Source: the human T2T-CHM13v2.0 reference genome, Homo sapiens
DNA length: 64,000 nt
NCBI RefSeq assembly: GCF_009914755.1
Contig: NC_060926.1
Reading direction: 5' to 3' (one strand)
Under the pieces are notes generated by a model, which worked only from the letters and a program-made list of their open reading frames with translations, searched no databases and was not told the DNA's origin. The position numbers were made by a program, and so were the translations under genes. Shown here piece by piece: positions 1 through 23,300 of this stretch. Every line of letters starts with the position of its first letter. The first letter of the stretch is position 1.

Positions 1-279
1 CGCCATCTCGGCTCACTGCAACCTCTGCCTCCTGAGCTCAAGCAATTCTCCTGCCTCAGCCTCGGTGGCAGCTCCTGGCTGGCTAGCAGTGCTAGAGTAC
101 AGCCCTGCCTTTCTCCTTTGGTTCTTGGGAAGTCCCAAGAGAAATGTAATTGATTGGCCAGCTGTAAGTCACATGCCCACCCTAAAACCCCTGAGTTGAG
201 GGAGTGCCAGCTTGTTACTTGGGCTTATTTGGCTTTTTTCTCTATATCTTATCATTTCTGTTATCCTAGTTGCCTTGGA

Positions 280-579
<300 letters not shown>

Positions 580-885
580 GCCTTGGATATTTCTTATATT
601 TACACAGTAGCACATCTTGGTTTTCTTATATTTAAATACATAGTAGCACATCTTGATTTGGGGCGGGGGAGGTGTGTGTGTGAAGCCTGCTCCTCTTTGA
701 TTTTGGTACTTAATTTTCCTGGACTTCATTGAAAATTCCTAATTAAACTTTATCATGACATAGGTACTGATTCATAATATGGCTTCTTCTGTAAACATTA
801 GTTATTTTTTAGATTCAAATGGTAGTATATTTGCTTTCTTTTTGAAAGGAAGTAGTCATGAATCCTTTTAGAAGCTTTAGGTAGA

Positions 886-1272
<387 letters not shown>

Positions 1273-1727
1273 TCATCTTTTCAAGATGTGGAAAAACTTC
1301 AAACATAATTTTTGTGTGGGTCTTTTACATAAGAATAGTTTCCTCTAAAAGCAGTTTAAAAAAGTTGAGTGAAGGACTTTCCATGGAGAACAAAGCAGTT
1401 GGTTTAGGTATGTAAGTTTTTAGTGATCTGGCAGTACTATTAAAATGGATGATTCATAATTCATTTTAACCAGGAAGTCCCAAAATTATGTTCATATAAG
1501 ATTCTAACCAAATTACTTGGAAGAGAGAAAAGGATTCTAGGTAGATAAATTTGTGAAATGCTGAGTTAGACAGTAATCACTACTAGACTGATTAGTTTTT
1601 AGTATATCAATGTGCGTTTTGATTTTGTAAGAGCCAGGGATAGAGTATATTGTCATTTGACCACTAAATCGCTTTTTTAAAAGTAGAGCAATTATATTAA
1701 TATGTAGTTTTGGGAAATATCGCCTTA

Positions 1728-2129
<402 letters not shown>

Positions 2130-3006
2130 TTATTTTTTCCCCTCGTGACAATTTTTATTATCCCATATTATGGCAAAGTTTGTTTCATGAAAATTCAAGA
2201 GTCTGTTTTGTAGTCTTGCCTAAATATATTATCCAACTTTGGTGCAAGGTGGACTACAGGCAGGTTTATCTTGACATAGATAGGGGCAAAATTTTTTAGA
2301 AACAGCCCTAAGATCTGCTTTAAAACGTACTCTTGATGAAACACCAAATTAACCATGCTGTTAGAAGGAAGAAGTGAGAAATTGAGGGCAAACGTTAATC
2401 ATTTTCTAACATGTTTCTGTATGTTAGAACACAGAACTTCCATTCAGTCCTCTTAAATCTGCCATGATGAATGGCCCCCCAAAAAACCACAGCTAACTAA
2501 ATTAGTTTACTTGTTGAATGGAGTTAGAATTAGCCGTTTAATTGTCTAAAGAACATTTGCCAAAAACAACTCTTTGTTTTACCATATTTGATGTATTGAG
2601 CTGGTGCCTGACAGTAACTGGCCACAGCATCACTTGCTACTTGAGATTGTTCTTGAAATGTGCTAGTAATAGCAGTAGAGAGGAGAGTGTGGTTATATTT
2701 CTATTTGATAAGTTGAAGGAGGAGGACATGCGTATGATTCATCTAACATTTGTACCAGATTATTTAGGCACAGATTTTTTATTAAAAGTCTCTGACACAG
2801 CCTGGTTTTTGTTCCACGTGTGTGGAGAGATTCTACAATTTTGCATTCCCCAGGAGTATTTTTGTATTGTCTTTATTTCCTTTATATTTATTACTAAAAA
2901 CTTCTCTGAAGACTGTTAAAAGTGATTAAAATGGATGTGTATCTATTTCAGAAATCATCTTTTCTACTCACCTAAAGTGTCACGTCTTTTTCCTCCTCTT
3001 CTATAG

Positions 3007-3081
3007 ATTTAGCTTTGGAGTCAAACCCTTCTGACCATCCAAGGGCAAGCACAATTTTCCTGAGCAAATCTCAAACGGATG
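3007..3081 (+). CDS. CCNYL1: CCNYL1 coding exon 2 (75 nt; (D)[24 protein letters not shown])
   Basis: Pyrimidine tract + ctatAG at 3005-3006; donor GTAAGA at 3082; translation matches the cyclin Y family N-terminal [15 protein letters not shown] motif. Confidence 0.95.
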
Positions 3082-3333
3082 GTAAGACAATACTGTTTTT
3101 TCCTTCCAAGGAAAAGACTGAAAACTGTTTCTATTTTATTGGATGTATTATAGAAGGTATTTAGAAGAACTGATGTATTAGTTTAAAATTTTCTTTTCAT
3201 ATGTTCACTGATTTTAATATGTGATATACTTTCCTTTAGTTGTGATTGTTTAGTAATAACATGTAGACCTATTTACAGGTTTTGCCACCTTTTTATAACA
3301 CAATTAATTGGCCACATGATTTAGTAACATGGA

Positions 3334-3629
<296 letters not shown>

Positions 3630-5050
3630 GTATCATGGATTTATGCATATTTCTCCATACTTCTTTGACCTCTTTCCCTTGCTCCAAAAGAGTACATTTT
3701 AAAGATGAATGATAGGATTTAAGCTGCAGCTTGGTTTCATTTGAACAACAACAAAAAATCAGTTCGTATACAGGGATTGAATCTGTGATTTTGGCTTCCT
3801 TTTATACAATGCTCTAACCACATGAGCCTATCACATTCAAATTTATGCTACTCAGAACTTTTAAGCTATTAACTTTTCCATCCTAATGTAGTGTAAATAT
3901 AAACATGCCCCATGGTGTTTCCCAGAAGGTTAGCCTCAGCAAGTGAAACTTACGTACATTTTCCTTGTCCTGCTTGTTTTAGGATGAGAATCAGAACTGT
4001 TGTATTTTTCTGTACTCCTGTTTATCTTCCTTATAATTATGTTAAATCCTAATTTATTTGCTAAAAAGCTATATACAACCAGGTTTTTCATTTGATTTCA
4101 ACAGCAAGAATACAAGAAGTGGGGGTTCTATAATACTTGAAGTAATGGAGCACAACACAAAGCAGGGGAGTTGTAAGCAGCATTTTCGAAGCTCGTGTGG
4201 ACTTTGTCTTGAGCTGGTCATTTCTGGTTAGGATAGTTGTATTTCTCAGTTTCTTTCAGAGCCATAGGCTTCTCACACAGACAGAGTGTGGAAGCAGTAA
4301 AAGAAGAGCTATCCCATGCTCCTCTTTCTTCAGTGGTAAGGAGTGTGTGCTTGTGATACTTGTCTAGCATCAAAGGAAGAGGCAGTATAGGAAACAAAGC
4401 GTGGTCCAAGTCCCTCTTGGAGCTTTTATTCTTCTGGCCTTTGTTAAAATGATTTTATGTGCTGAATATACCATGTTCAATTAGGTTAACATTCATTTTA
4501 ACATTTAAATTTAAGGAAGTTTACTTTCCACTTGTGTAAAGACCCGTTTATTTTTTCAGTAACATACTAGTAGATGACCAGTAAGTGGTTCAGGATGTTT
4601 GCAGTGATTGTGGTGCAGCTAGAGATTGGCACCTAGCCAGAAACTGGTTCTTAGAGCTGTCAGGTGTTAGATCTTGGTAATTAAAGTAAGCTACCTGTAA
4701 ATGTAGAATTAAAAAATACTGCTGGATGATGGTTCAGATATGCAACAGGGAAACCTATTAGCTAAATTTCTCATTTAGCATAATTTGTTTTGCCCCTTTC
4801 TTTTTTATGTAGGGATTCTTTCATTTCCATGTAATAGAATATCTGTCAGTTCAAAAAGTAAAACTAAGTTTTTAGATTTTATTTTATGGGATTCATCTTG
4901 CCAGATGATTTAAATGATGAATTTTGTTGGAAATTATTTTTTAAATGGAATTTTATCTCATTTTGTATATTGTTAATCAGATGATTAGCAACTACTTTTA
5001 TACTGTGGCATTTGTATCAGAATTGATCAGCTAATTTTTTTTATTCTTAG

Positions 5051-5085
5051 TGCGAGAAAAGAGGAAGAGCAACCATTTGAACCAT
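5051..5085 (+). CDS. CCNYL1: CCNYL1 exon 3 (35 nt; (V)REKRKSNHLNH)
   Basis: tttttattcttAG acceptor; GTAAGT donor at 5086; phase continues from exon 2. Confidence 0.93.
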
Positions 5086-6112
5086 GTAAGTAAACAGTTG
5101 GAAAGCTAAGAAATTAACAGTTGAATTAAAAGTATGTCTGTCATGATTCCATAAAAATATAATGGGGACCCAATACTGTTAGTATGAGCCTCTTTTTGTG
5201 GATTTTCTAAATCATTTCTATTTTGCTGAGAATCAGATTTATGCAGGAAAGTCTTTGACTTAGTGTACCCAATTGTTAAGGGTTTCTGACATTTAAGTTA
5301 AATTTCAATAGTTTGGTTGTGGTATAAATATCTGCCTTAAATATTTTTGCCTAAAGTTTTTAATCTTTTTAAAAATCAAGTAACAAAATTATAATAGCTA
5401 AGTTCATTTTTAGCACTATATGTTGACTTCCTGTCATAACAAGTGAAAACTTAGCTTCCTCACTCCACCGTGACCTTATTTTCTTCCCTCTATTTCTCCC
5501 ATATATATCACATTTTTAATTAAATCAGTAATTGATGTTTACATTGTTATGATTATACAGATATTATTCACTGCTGAGTCATATATTATTCTCACTGTCT
5601 TCTCCTTGTACATCCTTTGTTTCTCTTAAATATTTCTGAAATCTGGGCGTGTCTGCACGTCTCTTCCTAGCCTCCACTAGCTCACACAGCCAAATGCAGT
5701 AGTAACCCTTGGCTGGTCTCCTTGCTTTCATGTCTTTTTTTGTGTGTGTGTGGAATTAATTTCCTGACTATATTCATTTGGCTGTTTTCTAACAGCTATT
5801 TTTCCCCCCAAATGTTGTAGCATTTGCCACATGCCTATCAAAAATGTTTTCCATCTACTAAAACACATCTGTTCCATTTTTCTCTTGGAGACAGCTTTCC
5901 TCAGCCTTTTGTCATCCTCTTCAAATATAGACGGGTTTTTCCTAAGACTGTTCTGTGCCTGTTTTCCTGGGATATCTCTCTGAAGTCATCTGGGATCTCA
6001 CATAACTGTCCTTTTGTGTTGGGTCCCCTAAATCCTAGATTCTGTGTTTCCCTCTATCTTGTTATCCTTCCTAGTTTTACCGGAGTACATTTTCCTGGGA
6101 AAGGGCCCATAG

Positions 6113-8220
<2,108 letters not shown>

Positions 8221-8659
8221 TGGATGCGTCTTTTCTGAGACTGTTCAGTTTCTTCAGAGAAGAATCTCCCAATTTTCTACCTGGGGAGTACAAGCATGGC
8301 TGCTCATTTTCCAGAAGCAGAGTTGGAAAAGGGAGGTGGAGTTCCACTTCTCAGTGTGTAGTTTTTTTTCCCATTTCCCAGATTTCAGTCCTACTATTTC
8401 TGAGCCCAGAACCTTCTATATTCCTTATAAGATGGGAGGACAGGTGGACCTGGGACTCCAACTACATATTTTCAACCGACCTTGCTGGCTTTTGTTTTGT
8501 GTTTCACTCTACCTTCCAAGGTGCCATGTGCCTCTGAGTTTGAAGTCTGCCTTGGGTTCTGTAAGACAAACTAACTTGATCCTGTTCCAGTCACTCTCTG
8601 TAGGCACTAAAGTTGTGCTTCCATATCAGTTACCACTCCTTTGTCTTTTTCATCTTTCA

Positions 8660-9015
<356 letters not shown>

Positions 9016-10000
9016 CAAATGGAAATATTATCTGCTGTCAATCCTGTTGCCTGCTCCTGTGTATAACCTTTATTTTATGTCTTTAATTCTAATGAAATTT
9101 CAGGAGGGCAAGGAAATAAATTTATGGTCAATCTGCCATGTTTAACCCAAATTTAGAACCTTTATTTAAAGTGTAAATCTAAGTTTAAATTCAACATAAT
9201 GATACTAATCCAGACATTTTTTAGTTATAATAAGCATATTATACTCTTCTAGTAAGGCCTTAGGAATTGTATTCAAACTCTGCATCCTGCTATATTGCCC
9301 CATTACTGTGCAACATAGATGGAGGTGTTTCATTAATGCACAAAATGTCAGAAATTTTTAAGTTAATTAAAAGTCATTAATTCTTTTTTTTTTTTGAGAC
9401 GGATTCTGTAGTAGCATTTACCTCTTATTTTAAATGGGTTAAAATTAGAGGCAGTAGGCACAATGGGAAAAGTCAGTGGATAGGCATAGGAGTTCAACAG
9501 GTACTTTACCTTTAAGGTTTCAGTTGTGACTCAGTAGATTACTAAGTATGATTATTTTCTATCTTTGCTATTCTCCCTTAAGTCTACTCAGTACCCCTTC
9601 CCTTTCTTGTTAAAGATTGTCATTTGTGCAGACTAAATGAAGATGAATGATATATTCTTTGTCCCTATTTTGTGACTACCTGAAATGACATCTGTGAACT
9701 TTCAGTAGTGTTTTGTTGTTTGGATTTTTTTTAAGTATTTATATTTTATATTATTATGTTTGTCAATAGAGTTTGTTGAGGTTGTAAGTCAGCTTTGGTA
9801 AGGCTTTAGCCTAAAATAAAGGAAATTGTTGAGTTTTCCAGCAACATGATGGGGGAATTACCTGTTGCCAGCTATAATTGCTTTGCTCAGAAGCTTAATT
9901 CTGCCACCCCCTAGTCTCAAGAGATACAGGGATACTCTTGATAACAAAAAATTTGGATAGTTGAAAGTTAGTGGTGTGTCTCATGCTATATATTGATTAG

Positions 10001-10330
<330 letters not shown>

Positions 10331-12154
10331 TGAATGAATGTATTTGAATGAGTCAGTTTTTATTTTTTATACTGTATGTGTTTCTTGAGACAATAAAAGT
10401 ATATACATTAGCACACATACACAGTTAATGTAAACTATATACATTAAATATAATAGCTTAAGAAACATGAGTTTAGATATAGTTGAAAACATTTCTAGGT
10501 TGAAGGAGAATTTGGTCCTTCAAATAGTAATACTTTTTAAAAATAGAATATCTGGGACTTTTTGTTAGTAAGAATTAAGTGACTGCAGTAAAAACATCTG
10601 AAACAAAATGCTGTTACACTGTATGGATATTTCTGATTATTGGCTACTGGCGATTTTTTAATGCATGCATTTTTAAAAGCAATGACTAGACCTTCTCCCT
10701 GCCCTGTCTTTCATGTATATGTGTGGGATACTGATGGGAGAGTGTGACAACATGGTAAAAACTATCATATTAATAGGAAGAAGGAAGGCTCATCTGAATT
10801 AGTTTTTTTTTTAAGTGTTAAAATTATTAGTATTCTGTGGTTTTAAAAAAAAATGCTACTGTTACTTTCAGCTATTCAATGACTGGGATTTGGTTACTGA
10901 CCTTCTTAACATAGTTCAGGCTGTTTCAGTATTTGACTGTTGCACTCTTCCCAAATAAATGGATACTTCTAAAGTGTTTTAAAGATGGTTTATTTTCTAG
11001 AGGGCTCAAAAAGTTCATAGTCACCTCCTTGATACAAATGCAGATAAATTCTGCTAATTTGTGTGTAGTAGCATTTACCTTCCAAATTGTAACTGATTTA
11101 AATAATTTGTCAAACACTTGTTGAACTCCTTAATTTGTCCCCAATTCTGTGCTCAGCAGCCAGAGGTATGAGGAGGAAGAGTCCTTCCTTCCCTGGAGAA
11201 GCTTACTTTCTTGTGAGGGGTTACTCCACAAGCAGTTGGTATCATGTAACAAGTGGTGAATTAGATGGATGAATGTACCAAAAGGGAAATGTTTTTTGGT
11301 GTGGCTGCGGGCAAAGGGATCCCAGAAGGCAGATGGGGTCAGGCTTATCGGGATAAGGAGGAAGAACAAGGTATTCCAGGCAGAGCAGCATGAGTGAGTC
11401 AGGCAAGTGCCATGATGCCTGTCAAATAACTTATAGAATAAAATTAATAACATTTTGAAATGGAGAGTGTTCTCTGAGGTTCTCATTTGAATAATGTAAT
11501 GGCAGTTTTATTTAAATATGAAGTGCAAGTTAAATTCCTAAAGTTGTTTTTGTCATCTTTTTTGTTTGGAATATTAAAGTGATACTTTTTCTTCTCCACA
11601 TAAGAAAACAGGCCCTTTCACTGAGGGTGATGGAGCAGCCCTGGCAGACGAAGCCTCTGACTGTGAAACACTTGTTTCTCATACTGTCTCCTGAACTAAT
11701 ACGTTTAATATTAGTAACTTAGTAAATGTAGTATTAGGCTTTCATTTACTTCAATAAAATGCTCTTATGCAAATATGATTTAAGGCATTACATTTTACTG
11801 TAGTGAAGGAATAATAGAAAATCTCAGCTGCTTTTTATTGCTTAAGAAAAAACACTGAAATCTTATTGTAAACTTTTCCCATTAATTTATACAGGGAATG
11901 CATAACAGATGCTTGCCAGGTTTGATTATAGGTACCACAAGAGCAGCATTTCATAACCCATTCCTCAAACACTGTCTGTGGGAGAGCCTCCACTGGGTTT
12001 CCCATAGAGCTGCACATGATACTACACTCAGGCAGTTCATGGAGTGTAAGAAATATCTTAATGCTTTATCATTTGACATTTTAACCAAGGAAAAACCACA
12101 CTTTTATAGGTTTAACTTACTGTGACATTTTCTTCTATTTCCCTTCCCCTTCAG

Positions 12155-12255
12155 GTATCTCCAGGGCAGCTTACTAAAAAGTATAGCTCATGCTCAACAA
12201 TATTTCTAGATGACAGCACAGTCAGCCAGCCTAATCTTAGAACCACAGTAAAATG
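12155..12255 (+). CDS. CCNYL1: CCNYL1 exon 4 (101 nt; [33 protein letters not shown])
   Basis: Strong pyrimidine tract + ttcAG; GTGAGT donor; cyclin [21 protein letters not shown] motif. Confidence 0.96.
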
Positions 12256-13719
12256 GTGAGTACAACTAGGCTGCCAAGGGCTGAGTGACAGACCCCCTTA
12301 TGCTAAAAGCATCCTAGCCATCCTCGGTAATTTCAGCCATTTGATTGTCCTTTTCAGCAATGAGTTTAAGAAATCGGTGTCAACTATATATTGATTTCAA
12401 GGATCTAAATATGAATTTTAATTTCCTGTTTTAATCTTAGGCTGCATGGTGGAAGGGAAAGCCAGTTAGTGAAGAAGCAATCCCAGAAAAGTGTAGCTAT
12501 TTATTTAATGCATTTATGTTAAGACAGTGTCGAACATAATGTGAGAAGGAGAGGTGCTTTTTATTGGATGTTTCTGGAAAAACGTTAGTTTGTTATGAGT
12601 TACAGGTCTCAAACAATGTGTACTGCTTTGCAAACTACTCTTGGAAGAAGGAACAGCTTGTCCTCTACTGGCACCATAGTGTATCTGCATTTACATTTTC
12701 CCTGTCGTGCATGAGCACCTCTTGGGCACAATCTGAGATGCACTTTCAGAACACCCTAAGATGAACTTTTCAAGTTTATTTAAAAACCAACAACAACAGC
12801 AAACAACTCCATTGGGGTTGTCAGGAAACTATTAACATCTCCTTGGATTATGAGCGTTGATTTTCAGAACACCGTTGGGAAGTGCTACACTAGAATATTA
12901 ATGTCCTTATCCCTAATTTTACTTTTTAGTCTAAAAACATAACTAGCTTATAAACTTAATTTTGTTTCTAATGTACTAGCTTTTTTTTTTAGTTAATTCA
13001 ATTGTCAGTAACTTCTACTTTAAAAGCAGCAAATTTACACTCATAATAATGTCACTTTCCTCTCTCACTTAAAACAATAGTTGAAATCAAATTGTGTTTC
13101 AGCACAAACTGGACTCTGACTCTGTCTAAAGTCCTGAGCTTTGGCACCTACTGAGTAATCATTCAATGTTTGTATTCAGCCAAGGTCCTAAATCCTTGAG
13201 TTAAAAAACCACTCCACTTTGGCTAGAGTCCCTGGCTTCTTTTGAATTCAAAAGATTCTGATGTTTCTATAAGATTCAAAGTAGTTTTAAAGATTAACCT
13301 TGCTCAAACAAGTATAATAGATTTCATGCTTTTTTCCCCCCATTTTAGTCTTAATTTTTAGATGTCTACTTTTGGAAGTACAGTAAGTTTTAATTTGTTC
13401 TCAGTAAGTTTTAGAAATGATCATTTGGTATATTTCACTACTGGTTAAATAAAGGTTTCACAAGTATGGCAAATTGACTTTTAGGAAAGATTTTGAAAAA
13501 TGTTTATCATGGCTTACTAGTGCGTTATTCTCATAGGTTGGGTGAGCCATATCAGAATCACTTACGCAACTTTTTTCAAAATATATGTCCACAAACAAAT
13601 TCATCTCACCTCCACCTTCCCTTGATCTCTAGGCAGTCACAAGCCTTTTAGGAAAATGGAGAAGGCATGTGAGGCATAATTACACAGACAAGCACATCCC
13701 AGATGATTCTGGTCTTAAC

Positions 13720-14236
<517 letters not shown>

Positions 14237-15111
14237 TAATTGAATGTAGGAGGATGAACTGCTTCTATTTGGTGGGACCTTGGGCAAGTCAGTTTTAAGC
14301 CTTGGTTCCCATATCTGTAAACTGGGTGTTGGATTAAATGTCATGTAAGGTTCCGTGGTCCTTTTCAGCATATAACTTCAAATTCTGTAATGTTAAAATC
14401 AATTTGGACATGAAAATGTTTGAAGCACTATAGAAGTATCCATCTTAGATGCTAATGTTACAGACTTTTTAAAAAAGTGCTAACATTGTATGGACTTAAA
14501 ATTCAGATTTGCCTTCCCTCAATTATTTTGAGCCTCAGTTTAGAGACTGAGGGCAAATGGAAGCATATAACTTACCTAAGACAACTCCTTGTTTCCTGAT
14601 ACACAACATCTGTGGGTAATTTAGGAATACAGTAACATATATCTGAAAAGTCGTGTCTGTTCACTAATATTTTACTTAAACCAATGTGGAAATACTTGCC
14701 ATTAATATTACACTTTGTAGTTTTATGCTGCATTGTTAGCACTGCTTATTTCAGGATAGCTACACCTATCATTGGTTTTGTGTGCACTTATTTACTAATA
14801 AATTTTCTACTAATGATGCAAAATTGATCATAAATGATTTTATTTGGTATAAAACACTTTTATTTACTTTAAGGGGAAATAATGAAAGATGGGTGGGTAG
14901 GTGATAGTTAATTAAATCAACTGAAATGCAGAGCCTAACAGCTTAAAAAGCAAAAAATAAAAATAACCAAAAAACCAAATAGTTTAAATTTAAGCATGTA
15001 TACAAATAGGTAGAACTTGTATAAAATGAAAGGTTCTATGGGCAGAAGAGCAAATGGGGATATATGTAATTATTTATATATTATAATAGTCCACAGAAAC
15101 ATGTATTTTAA

Positions 15112-15422
<311 letters not shown>

Positions 15423-15618
15423 TTACTTAGCATTTTGGTTCGTGTATTTTTGCTGAAAGGAACTAAAACAAGGGGAAAGTACCCATATGGTACTGTTCTG
15501 AACTAGAGGATTTCAGGGCCGCTAGGAGGGTTCCTCCCTTCCCTCATTTAAAAAATGTCTTCAGGCCTAACAAATGTTTAAATCAGTTGTTAAAAATAAT
15601 TTTTTTTTCCCTTCACAG

Positions 15619-15654
15619 TGTGACCTTAGCAATATATTACCACATAAAGAACAG
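15619..15654 (+). CDS. CCNYL1: CCNYL1 exon 5 (36 nt; (C)VTLAIYYHIKNR)
   Basis: tttttccc ttcacAG acceptor; GTGAGC donor; LAIYYHIKNR cyclin Y motif. Confidence 0.95.
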
Positions 15655-15784
15655 GTGAGCTCCTTTAAAACCTGTCTTGTTATTCCAGCTAATTACTTTG
15701 CATGATATCAAGTTCAGTATTAGGTCATAACTATAGACATCATAAGCTATAGATTGCTATTACAGTATTGAACTGAATCATTTG

Positions 15785-18302
<2,518 letters not shown>

Positions 18303-18862
18303 GTTTTATTAAATGAGCACAATGTATTAGTTTTATAAACTTGTAAAGATTATCAAAGCCTTGTCTCTTTTAAAATAAAAAGACAATAAGGTTTTTAACT
18401 CATCAAACTACTTAAACAAATACATGTCAAGAATGTAATACGGAGAACTAGAAAGGAAAAGCCTGGGAAATCTGAATTTCATTCACAGTCATTAAAGTTC
18501 TAAAGAGTTTATTGCCCACCACTACTGCTGTGTAAAACGTTCTTGAGTTCCAATGAGGGGTTAGAAGAGTGAAAATATACTTTATTACCATTGCCTGTTA
18601 GGGAGGGCCAATACTTAAAGGCAATTCTGAATCGTCATTGTAGAAAAGACCTCACAGTACAGAACCTCATATGCTGAGTAAAAAGAGGTCAGGAAATCCT
18701 CTGAAGGCTGGCATCCCGGAGAAGAATTTGTACAACTCTTTGCTTTGGTGAAGCAAACACCAAAGCAAACAGGAGGCATCTCCCGCCACCCCCAGCAGAC
18801 ATTTTACTCAGATATTAACAATTCCTGAATTAACTTCTTCAATGCATATTCTTATTTTATAG

Positions 18863-18914
18863 AGATGCAAATAGATCCCTGGATATTTTTGATGAGAGAT
18901 CACATCCACTTACA
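18863..18914 (+). CDS. CCNYL1: CCNYL1 exon 6 (52 nt; DANRSLDIFDERSHPLT)
   Basis: ttattttatAG acceptor; GTAAGT donor; LDIFDE-HPL motif; frame consistent. Confidence 0.95.
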
Positions 18915-19181
18915 GTAAGTGTCACTTTTTTTGAGGTAGTATTTTTCTCTCATAGAGTTGTGTTTATTTCATGCTGATATTTATAAATAGTCCTAACAAA
19001 TATACATGATCTCTATGAAGATAATTAGAAAACAATTTAAATTTAAATCAATTAAAATGGTGTAAACATTTAAAAATTCACTTCCTCAGGTATATGATAG
19101 CCGCTCGTGGCTAATGACTATTGTCTTGGACAGTGAAGCCTTTGAGCCTTATGGTTACAGGAAACTAAAGATATTTTTTCA

Positions 19182-20377
<1,196 letters not shown>

Positions 20378-20430
20378 CTTAAAATTTTTTTCTTCAGTGG
20401 ATACTAACATTGCATCTTTTCTTCTTTCAG

Positions 20431-20550
20431 CGAGAAAAAGTTCCAGAGGAATACTTTAAGCATGATCCTGAGCACAAATTTATTTACAGATTTGTTCGTA
20501 CTCTTTTTAGTGCTGCACAGCTAACAGCTGAATGTGCAATAGTAACTTTG
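20431..20550 (+). CDS. CCNYL1: CCNYL1 exon 7 (120 nt; [40 protein letters not shown]), start of cyclin box
   Basis: cttttcttctttcAG acceptor; GTAAGA donor; [23 protein letters not shown] cyclin Y box. Confidence 0.97.
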
Positions 20551-21677
20551 GTAAGATATTTCTCATTTATAAAGTGTCTTTAGAAATTAGTCTTGTACAC
20601 AGGGTATGGTCCTATTTTTCAAATAAAAATAGGTTCCTGAAATTATCATCAGAACTTTAAGAGAAACCTATGAAAGGAACATAAATACGTACATTCGCGT
20701 TTAATCATCATTATGGTTGAACATGTTTCCATTGCTTTTCTCATCACAGAACAGTTGCTACAAAAGGCAGCCGGGGAGATTTCTGGTTTCTCCCCCTACC
20801 CATCAATGCACATGTACACATTCAGTGTGTACACATACAAGGCATGGTGGCAGGGCTGGGGGTGATGGGGAGTGGTAACAAAACCATGTGGTTCAGAGCC
20901 AGATACTGATTCCAGTGTAGGTCTAAGCCAAGTCCCAGGCTCTATTCCCCAGGTATTTCCGATATGTGTGGTGATTGAGAACTATTGCCCTAAATTCTTT
21001 GTTCCTTGGATGATGGGTTTTAATCATCTCTGCCTACCTCTTGTGCCTGCTCGTGATGTTGCCCAGCAATGTGGTACCAGCAATACTTGGACAAAGGCTT
21101 TGCTGATTAGCTTACTAAGCTATAGCTGTGTCCTTAACTTTATGTCCTCCATACAGAATTCCTATGGTAAGATTTTATCATTGAATAATAAATCCTATTC
21201 AAGTGGTTAGGATTGTTTTACTCCTCCCCACAGCAAACCTATAGAGGAAGGTCAACTGCATGGCCTGGAGGGAAAGAATACTTAGGTCAGTACCTACTCC
21301 TTTAGCATCCAATTGGAATTTAGGAGAGAAGGCTTCTGTGCACTTGAATAGAAGCCCCTCAGTGGGTACTGGATCAGACTTAGGCCTTTTCATGGAGCTG
21401 TAAGCCATTTGGAACACTTAGCACATACTGTAGAGAAGCAGGAGTGGTGCTTCCAGATGTAGAGAGACAGGTGATACAGGAGAGGAAGCTGTACAGGAAG
21501 AGGGGAGTTCATTTTAGATGGTTTAAGCTCTATGTGCCTGTGAGGTAGCAGTGACAGTGTCCAATAATCATTTGAATGTACCGGACTGGAGCATGAATCT
21601 GAGCTTAGAGGTAAGGAATGAAGAGTTATAGTAGCTGTTCAAATACAGAGAAAGGTTGCAGAATGAAAGTGGAGAAG

Positions 21678-21809
21678 CTAGGCATGGTAGTGCACACCTG
21701 TAGTCCCTGTTGCTGGGGAGGCTGAGGTGGGAGGATCACTTGAGTGCAGTAGTTTGAGTCCAGCTTGGGCAACATAGCAAGACCCCCATCTCTAAAAAAA
21801 GAAAAGAAA
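21678..21809 (+). mobile_element. FLAM / Alu monomer
   Basis: Single Alu arm with A tail. Confidence 0.8.
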
Positions 21810-22021
21810 GTGGATAGAAGATAGATCTCTAAAGACTGTTAGCATTTTTGAGGGACAAGCTCCCAGATGGAGTGGAAGGAGGAAACCCAGGAGAAGGTAA
21901 TAAAAGAACAGAGATCAAGATAAGAGAGGCTATGGTCCCAGTGTTAAATGCTGCCAAGAAGTTTCTGATTCTGTAAATATTCACTGGGTGCCTACTCTGT
22001 GCCACTATTCTTGTTTTTTGT

Positions 22022-22052
<31 letters not shown>

Positions 22053-22159
22053 AATTTTTTAGTAGAACTAGAGTCTAGCTATGTTGCCCAGGCTGGTCTC
22101 AGAACTGACCTCAGGTGATCCTGCCAGAGTGTTGGGATTACAGACGTGAGCTACCAAGT

Positions 22160-23300
22160 GCTAGAGTAGAGGAGAGGCAGATTGAACAAAGTTCTTGCCT
22201 TTATGAGCTTATGTTCTAGTGAGGAAGACATTTTTTCAGGTAGTGGTAAGTAGCAAGAAGATGAAGCAGCATAAAGGGATACAGAGTGACAGGAGGGGCT
22301 CACTATTTTAGATAGAATGATCAGGAAGAACCTCTCTAGAGGTGACATTTGAGCAGTGACCTGATCAAAGCAAGAAGGTAAAGAGTGCTGGCATTACAGG
22401 CAGCCAGACAAGTGCCAAGACTAGACAGGAACATTTTGTGTGTGTGTGTGTGTGTGTTCAAGGAACAAACAGCAAGGTGTCCCGTGTGGTTGGAGTGAGT
22501 TGGAAAGAGTGGAGGAGGTTGAGGTCACATAGGGCCTTTTGGCTTGCAGGCCACAGGAAGGTTTTTTTTGTTTTGTTTTGTTTTGTTTTTGAGATGCGGA
22601 GTCTTGCTATGTCACCCAGGCTGTAGTGCAGTGGCTCAATCTTGGCTCACTGCAACCTCCACCTCCCAGGTTCAAGCAATTCTCCCTGCCTCAGCCTCCC
22701 GAGTACCTGGGCTTACCAGTGCCCGTCACCACGCCTAATTTTTTTTTTTTTTTTTTAAGTAGAGACCGGGCTTCGCCATGTTGGTCAGGCTAGTCTTGAA
22801 CTCCCGACCTCAGGTGATCCGCCTACTTCGGCATCCCGAAGTACTGGGATTACAAGTGTGAGCCACTGCGCCTGGCCAGGAAGAAGTTTTTATTCCAGTT
22901 TGATGGGTACTTTAGGTAGATTTTGAGCAGGGGAGTGAAGTGCTCTTAAGAAGTTATGCTGATGGCTTGAAGAGAGTAGGCCATAATTGGCAGAATAGAG
23001 GCAGAGAAGAGAGTTAAGAAGCAACGAGGGTGATACAGGTGAGCAGTGACAAATGGCAGCTCAGAATCAAAAGCGAGCAGCCTACCAATGAAGGTGGACA
23101 TAGCAGGAATTGTGCACAGTCTGGTGTGGGATAACTTGAATGTAGGTATTTGGTCTCAGCAACTAGGTGAATGGAAATGCCCTGTACAATATTAGGGAAG
23201 ACTTGGGGAGTGGAGCAGTGGGATGAAGAGCTCTGGCTTGTAAGTGTGAAGACTCTGGGGACCTTGGCAAGAGGAGTCTCAGGAGAGTGACAGCAGCAAG
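22160..23300. mobile_element. Degraded L2 fragments with an inserted antisense Alu (22560-22878) and (TG)n
   Basis: L2-like motifs (gaggtgacatttgagcag, gattttgagcaggggagtga); reverse Alu consensus. Confidence 0.55.
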